Positions 59,209 through 64,000 of a stretch of 64,000 nt of DNA are shown in pieces. The number at the start of each line of letters is the position of its first letter. The first letter of the stretch is position 1. The notes under the pieces are model-generated. The model searched no databases. It saw only the letters and a list, made by a program, of their open reading frames with translations, and was not told where the DNA came from. Position numbers and translations under genes: made by a program. Source of the DNA: an uncultured archaeon (lineage in GTDB: Archaea; Thermoproteota; Nitrososphaeria; Nitrososphaerales; Gagatemarchaeaceae); the NCBI GenBank assembly GCA_963817525.1, contig CAWFOU010000007.1, positions 1-64,000 on the forward strand, in the 5' to 3' direction.

Positions 59209-59662
59209 TTGTGATTTGAGCGGCAACAGCAAGGGCGGACCGGCACACGAGCACGAGATAGTCCTCGCCGGCATGGTGAACGTCAACAGGGACAACTACC
59301 TCCAAGGGGTTGTCGACGTCTGGGTATGCAGGGGGTGCAAGAGGCTCTTCTGCGACGACAAGCGCTACGGCGAGCCCCTGAAGCCCAGCGTCGGGTTCGA
59401 GGAGGTGCCCGACGACGAGCAGTGGGGCATACTCACCTGCACCGACATCAAGGGGGTCTACATGATGAGCCTCGGGGTCAAGCCCGGGAAGGTCCTGAAG
59501 CACACCTGCCCCAGGGACGCAAGCCAGCACGAGTTCGTCGTGAGGGACGACTGGACGATCGCTCCCGACGACGGCGAGACGGTCCACCGCCTCTTCCTCG
59601 TGAAGGACCACATCAACAAGGTGATCGAGGCTGGCTTCTACAAGCTGCGGATGCTGAAATGA
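59168..59662 (+). CDS. Hypothetical Cys/His-containing protein
   Basis: HEH, CRGC..FC and HTC motifs; host-like codon usage. Confidence 0.65.
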   Translation: MQVVRGEHERPQVDCDLSGNSKGGPAHEHEIVLAGMVNVNRDNYLQGVVDVWVCRGCKRLFCDDKRYGEPLKPSVGFEEVPDDEQWGILTCTDIKGVYMMSLGVKPGKVLKHTCPRDASQHEFVVRDDWTIAPDDGETVHRLFLVKDHINKVIEAGFYKLRMLK

Positions 59663-60093
59663 ATTTTACCCCGATTCGCCTCGCGGGGTCAGTACTGAGC
59701 CTGGCCAGCGGGTCGTGGGCCGCATTCGTTGCCTACTACGGGGCCAACACGGTCTCCTGCGCTCCCTTCTCGACGTGCATCCTCGAGCAGGGCGGCTCGG
59801 GACCTCTCTCTGCGTCCGAGCTCCAGGCCGGGCTCTTCATCGTGGGGGCTTTCCTCGTGCTCGACGCGCTGGTCTCCTTCGCCGGGGTGAGGGCGAGCTT
59901 CCTCCTCGGCGCGGCGCTCTCGGCGGTGGTGCTGGTCGTGGTCGGCCTCCAGTGGGGGACCTACTCATCCGCCGATTCCTCGGTTGCTGTCGTCTTCTCC
60001 ATACTCGCCCTCGTGGCTGACGCTGTGGCCTCGAGGCCAGCGAGGGGGATGTCCGAGCAGACCAACCCGATGAACCTGCCCGTTTTCGGGTGA
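59659..60093 (+). CDS. Membrane protein
   Basis: ATGA overlap with the upstream gene; four hydrophobic helices; ends EQTNPMNLPVFG. Confidence 0.75.
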   Translation: MNFTPIRLAGSVLSLASGSWAAFVAYYGANTVSCAPFSTCILEQGGSGPLSASELQAGLFIVGAFLVLDALVSFAGVRASFLLGAALSAVVLVVVGLQWGTYSSADSSVAVVFSILALVADAVASRPARGMSEQTNPMNLPVFG

Positions 60094-61389
60094 GCTACCC
60101 TTGACCGAAGTCACGGGCTTCTTGCTTCACAGGAGCGAACTTGCTTATCCGCCTGCGTTGGACAAGTAGAGGCCTCTCCTCGGCATGGACCTGCTCCAGG
60201 CCCACCTTCAGGATGTTACGAGCGGCGTTGACGTCGCGGTCAATGGTCAACCCGCATCGTGGACAGGCAGTGGGTCCGCACGGACAGCTCCTTCTGGACC
60301 ACCTCTTCGCATTCCGAGCATTTCTGCGACGTACCTCTAGGGTCGACATAGACGAGTCGTCCGCCACGCCTTTCCGCCTTGTAGGCGGTCAGTAGGCGCA
60401 GCTGCCCCCATGAGGCGTCCATTATTGCCGAAGCGAGATTGCTGTTCCTCACCATGTTCCCGACCCTCAAGTCCTCGAGGACTATCGTGTTGTTTTCCTT
60501 TGTGAGTTTGTCTGAGAGTTTGTGTGCGAAGTCTCTCCTCTGTCGTCGCAATTTTCTTTGAACCTTTGCGAGGGCTATCCGGGCCTTTTCCCTGTTCTTC
60601 GATCCTCGCTTTTTGCGAGACAATTTTCTTTGTAGCGTCAGGATACGGGCTGCCGATCGCTTCATGAGGCCAGGAGATTCTATTGTCGTCCCGTCGCTCA
60701 GGGCCACGACGTTCGTGACTCCGAGGTCGACGCCTATCTGAGCTTTCTTTGCTTCGATAGAATCGGCTTCCCCATCCGTGAGGATTGCGACGAACCACTG
60801 GTCAATATCCCTAATCACCGTGACTCTCTTGATTACGCCAATCACGATGCGATGGACATTCACTTTCACACTCCCAATTTTACTCAGTTGGATGTGACTA
60901 CCCTCCATCTTGAAGCCCGTCTGCGGATACGTGAACGAGTTGTATCTGGCTTTTCTCTTGAAGCGCGGGTGCCTTGCCAGGCCAACAAAGAATCCATTGA
61001 AGGCCTTGTCTAGCCTCAGCGAGACGTCCTGAAGTACCTGAGAATGGACGGCCTTGAGATACTTGCTTTCTTTCCCGACCTGAGTGAGCGTCTTATTCTG
61101 CTCATAGTAACCTACCCCATTCTCGATCCGGTCAGCGAGCATCGCGTTGTAGAGCCGTCTGCAGGTCTCGAGAGTGTCAGTCAAGACTCTCTCCTGCGCT
61201 TTGGTCGGATAAAATCTGAATTTGTATGTAATCAAAGACCTCCTGCTCGGCCATGTAATTCGTAATTGTATTTGAGGAGCCATGTCGTTGCGTTTGATAT
61301 GGAGCGAGTCAGTATCCACACGCCCGATCTTTCCCTTCTGTCGACCCGCCAGACGCCGAAGCTCAGGGGACTTCCCTAAGCGCTTCGGC
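60090..61389 (-). mobile_element. IS200/IS605-family element (IS1341-type, tnpB only); left end approximate
   Basis: Right end GAAGCCCGTGAC...GGGTAGCTCAC (terminal TCAC at 60090-60093); lower GC; hairpin GCCGAAG..CTTCGGC at 61354-61389; no tnpA. Confidence 0.7.
60095..61235 (-). CDS. tnpB: RNA-guided endonuclease TnpB (frameshift near 60275)
   Basis: YKFRFYPT..Q, PRFK, GVDLG, LEDL.V.NM, TSQ.CSEC, CPRCG..IDRD.NAARNI; GGAGG before the TTG start. Confidence 0.92.
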
Positions 61390-61952
61390 TAGATCCTGAA
61401 GGGTGCCAGCTTCCCCGCGGCGAGGGACCGCTCTACTTGCTTGCGGAGGCCGGGCACGTCTATGCCGTGGTATCTCCTCTCTGGCCAGGCTATCTGAGGC
61501 AGCGCTCGCCTGTATATCCCGAGCGCGACGTCGGGCTCGCCCCTCTGCTCGTGGACGAGAGCGGCGCAGACCAGGATGATCCCCTGGACGAGCCTCTTCT
61601 CCTCCCCCTTGGCCGGCCGCCAGACGGACTCCAGCGTCTCGTGGCACTCCCAGTACCGCTCGGCGTTGAAGTAGCTCACCGCCTCCGCCAGCACGTCCTC
61701 CTTCGGCTTGAAGGGAGGCACCTCGTCAAGGTTCTTGGTGAACTCCACTTTGGCCAGAGGCTCGAGGGTGGCGACGAAGAGCTCAAAGTCCGGTACGGAT
61801 GGAGTGAAGACGTCCACCTCTAGGGCGCCATACGACGTCCACCTGGGATGCTTGACCGCGAGGCCCAGGCTCCCCCCTATCGCCTTCATGGCGGCGAGGA
61901 GGGCGGGCCTTTCGCCCTCGTCGGGGAACAACCGGATGAGCGAGCGGGTCAA
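61389..61952 (-). CDS. DUF309-domain protein
   Basis: FN.ERYWECHE.LE.VW...QG.I...AA.VH. Confidence 0.88.
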   Translation of the reverse strand: MTRSLIRLFPDEGERPALLAAMKAIGGSLGLAVKHPRWTSYGALEVDVFTPSVPDFELFVATLEPLAKVEFTKNLDEVPPFKPKEDVLAEAVSYFNAERYWECHETLESVWRPAKGEEKRLVQGIILVCAALVHEQRGEPDVALGIYRRALPQIAWPERRYHGIDVPGLRKQVERSLAAGKLAPFRI

Positions 61953-62085
61953 GTCCTAGGCGGCCGGGGGCCCTGCGAAGATAGGTTTTTGGCTTCGCGG
62001 GCGCACGGCGACTACGCGTGGGTGATGACCGCATTAGCCTATTTGAATCGATGAAAATGATCTTGAGTTGGGAACCCGCGCTCTA

Positions 62086-62256
62086 TCAGTCGTGGACGTG
62101 CTGTATCAGCTTGTAGCCCTCCTCGCTGCACGCCGAGGACTGGTGCAGGCAACCCGGGCACTCGTACTCGCGATGGATGTGGTCGGGACCGACGACCCGC
62201 TCTTCGACGAACTTCAGCCCCGCCCCGCAACGTTCGCAGCGGATGCCCTCGCTCAC
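62086..62256 (-). CDS. 56-aa zinc-finger microprotein
   Basis: MSEGIRCERCGAGLKFVEERVVGPDHIHREYECPGCLHQSSACSEEGYKLIQHVHD; below the ORF-track cutoff. Confidence 0.65.
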   Translation of the reverse strand: MSEGIRCERCGAGLKFVEERVVGPDHIHREYECPGCLHQSSACSEEGYKLIQHVHD

Positions 62257-62339
62257 GGCCTGCTCGACCCCGTCTCCACGATGCGCCGCACGCGCATCCG
62301 CGGGCTACCCTATTATTCGGTTCTGTTGCGTCTCCAAGA

Positions 62340-62467
62340 CTATTCTTGGGCTTCTCCTTCAAAGCGATTCTCATGACGTGGTTGCACATGAGGCGGAACT
62401 CCTCAAAGAGGAGCGATAATTCCTCCGGGGCTTCATATTTGAAGAGGAGCGTCTCGAGCGATTGCAC
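62340..62467 (-). pseudogene. Possible N-terminal remnant of an archaeal TnpB-like gene
   Basis: MQSLETLLFKYEAPEELSLLFEEFRLMCN..MRIAL resembles N-termini of archaeal IS605/IS607-type TnpB proteins; AT-richer; protein-like sequence ends abruptly. Confidence 0.4.
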
Positions 62468-62578
62468 ATCCTAAAGAGTGGCTTGACAATTTAAGCGCCC
62501 ACCCCCAAAGACGAACCGGAGTCTATATTCAAATATGGCCGATTCCTGGTCGACGGGGCCCCGGGGAGGGCAGTCATC

Positions 62579-63160
62579 ATGGTGGAAATAGATGTCACGT
62601 GCCATCTTGAAGCGTTCAGGAGGTTCCTTGTCAACAGCACCTGCAGGAGCTTCATCCCTGAATCCTATCTCAGGGACCCTGAGGTCTTCCCCGAGAAGGA
62701 GTCCGAGCCGGGCTCGATATACATCGAGGCGGCGGACAAGGTCACCCTGAAGAAGATACGCGACATCACGTTCGTGAACGCGAACGAGGTCTTAGGGATA
62801 ATCTACAAGTCGAAGAGCGGGCACAGCACGCTAAAGTGGCGCCACATCGAGCACGAGACGGGCAGGGTCACCGGGGACGCTTCCAACAACAGCCTGGTCA
62901 ACCTCTCGATGGCGAGGGTGATCTCTCCGGAATACGTAGAGGAGCTAGCGAGGAGTGAGCTGGAGGAGGAGCCTCACGAGACTCCGCCGCCTCCGATCGA
63001 TGCACCTCTAGAGGCCGGGTCCCCGCCGCACGAGCGGCCGCCGATAGGGGGCGAGCCGGGCTTCCCTCCCGACGAAGAGGAGGACGACCTGGAAGCAGCC
63101 GATGCCGACGCGGAGGAGCAAGAGGACGTGGAAGAGCAAGAAAGGGAAGAGACGGCCTAG
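62579..63160 (+). CDS. Hypothetical protein with acidic tail
   Basis: Host-like codon usage; globular N-terminal domain plus E/P-rich tail. Confidence 0.8.
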   Translation: MVEIDVTCHLEAFRRFLVNSTCRSFIPESYLRDPEVFPEKESEPGSIYIEAADKVTLKKIRDITFVNANEVLGIIYKSKSGHSTLKWRHIEHETGRVTGDASNNSLVNLSMARVISPEYVEELARSELEEEPHETPPPPIDAPLEAGSPPHERPPIGGEPGFPPDEEEDDLEAADADAEEQEDVEEQEREETA

Positions 63161-63214
63161 GACCAGGGCTGCAGCAGATATCAATATAACTCTCCGGAAA
63201 AAAAGCGGTTGGTC

Positions 63215-63556
63215 ATGGTCCAAGTAAAGGTCCACCGCATAAGCAGCGTGACCGACCCCTACACAGGCCTCCCCGCGAAGCAGATAGAGCTCGTCGAGGT
63301 CAGGCAGAGGACCACGGGGCCGGGGCAGGTGTACGGGATGGGGGCGGAGGAGAACAGGATGGTCCAGAGCATGGTCTCGCAGCTCCAGGGCATGGGGCTG
63401 ATGCCCCAGGTGAGGGAGATGTCGTTTCCAAAGATAACGATGGTCCTGACCGAGAGCGAGTACGACATGTTCGGGATAAGGCTCGACGTGAACGAGGTAT
63501 ACGAGTTGGACATCAGGGGCGGGTCGATAGGCCTCAAGCCCGCGACGGGCGTCTAG
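63215..63556 (+). CDS. Arcadin 1
   Basis: VKV..I..V.DP.....K.IELVE...PKIT..LTE.EY...G....VN.VYEL....G.I pattern. Confidence 0.75.
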   Translation: MVQVKVHRISSVTDPYTGLPAKQIELVEVRQRTTGPGQVYGMGAEENRMVQSMVSQLQGMGLMPQVREMSFPKITMVLTESEYDMFGIRLDVNEVYELDIRGGSIGLKPATGV

Positions 63557-63574
63557 CGCAGAGGGAGACCGAGC

Positions 63575-64000
63575 ATGGCGGGAGTCAAGGTTGGGGACCC
63601 GGCACCCGAGTTCGCGCTGAAGGCCCAGGACGGTGAGGTCGTCAGGCTGAGCGACCTGATCAGCCGCGGCCCGGCGGTCGTATACTTTTACCCGAAGGAC
63701 AATACTGCGGGCTGCACCGCGGAGGCTGGCGCGTTTCGCGAGAGCTATCCGAAGTTCGGCGAGCTCGGGGCCGAGGTGGTCGGGATAAGCTCTGACTCTG
63801 TCGACTCCCACAAGGGGTTCGCCGAGGACTGCCGCCTCCCCTTCAAGATCCTCAGCGACGTCAGGGGGGAGGTAAGGAAGGCGTACGGAGTGCAGTCGTC
63901 CATGGGGTTCCTTCCGGGCAGGGTGACGTACGTCATCGACAAGGGAGGGATGGTGAGGTTCATCTTCTCGTCGCAGCTCCACGCGACGCGCCACGCGCAG
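63575..64000 (+). CDS. bcp: Peroxiredoxin, BCP/PrxQ type (runs off the window)
   Basis: VGDPAPEF.L..QDG, YFYPKDNT.GCT.EA, GISSDS..SH..F, RVTYVID..G. Confidence 0.92.
   Translation, partial: MAGVKVGDPAPEFALKAQDGEVVRLSDLISRGPAVVYFYPKDNTAGCTAEAGAFRESYPKFGELGAEVVGISSDSVDSHKGFAEDCRLPFKILSDVRGEVRKAYGVQSSMGFLPGRVTYVIDKGGMVRFIFSSQLHATRHAQ

Overview
GC-rich archaeal chromosome segment. Tetraether synthase Tes, arcadin 1, TrmB regulators and TATA-like boxes about 25-30 nt before start codons mark it as archaeal; it is most consistent with a non-ammonia-oxidising, soil-type Nitrososphaerota lineage (inference). The dominant feature is a family of six ~810-850 aa secreted, C-terminally membrane-anchored PQQ-dehydrogenase-like beta-propeller paralogs: five at 1-14270 and a sixth at 39178-41706. 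They share a 12-nt-periodic AT-rich 5' coding segment, a 3' hairpin plus U-tract, and two classes of intergenic element. One class is a covarying hairpin whose loop repeats the paralogs' own start sequence (ATGACGAAGG); the complement of that motif also heads two structured, TATA-preceded intergenic regions elsewhere. The sixth paralog lies in a ~5 kb segment bounded by extra diverged copies of the tes 3' end, which looks like an integration scar. The window also holds a sulfite/nitrite reductase-siroheme cluster with an upstream Cys-containing micro-ORF, two G1 glutamic peptidases flanking a Cys-less cupredoxin, PPK2, PiT/DUF47, membrane-anchored wHTH regulators and an IS1341-type tnpB. Many single-base frameshifts suggest long-read assembly errors. 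No rRNA, tRNA or CRISPR array was seen. All family calls are by motif recognition only; no database search was run.
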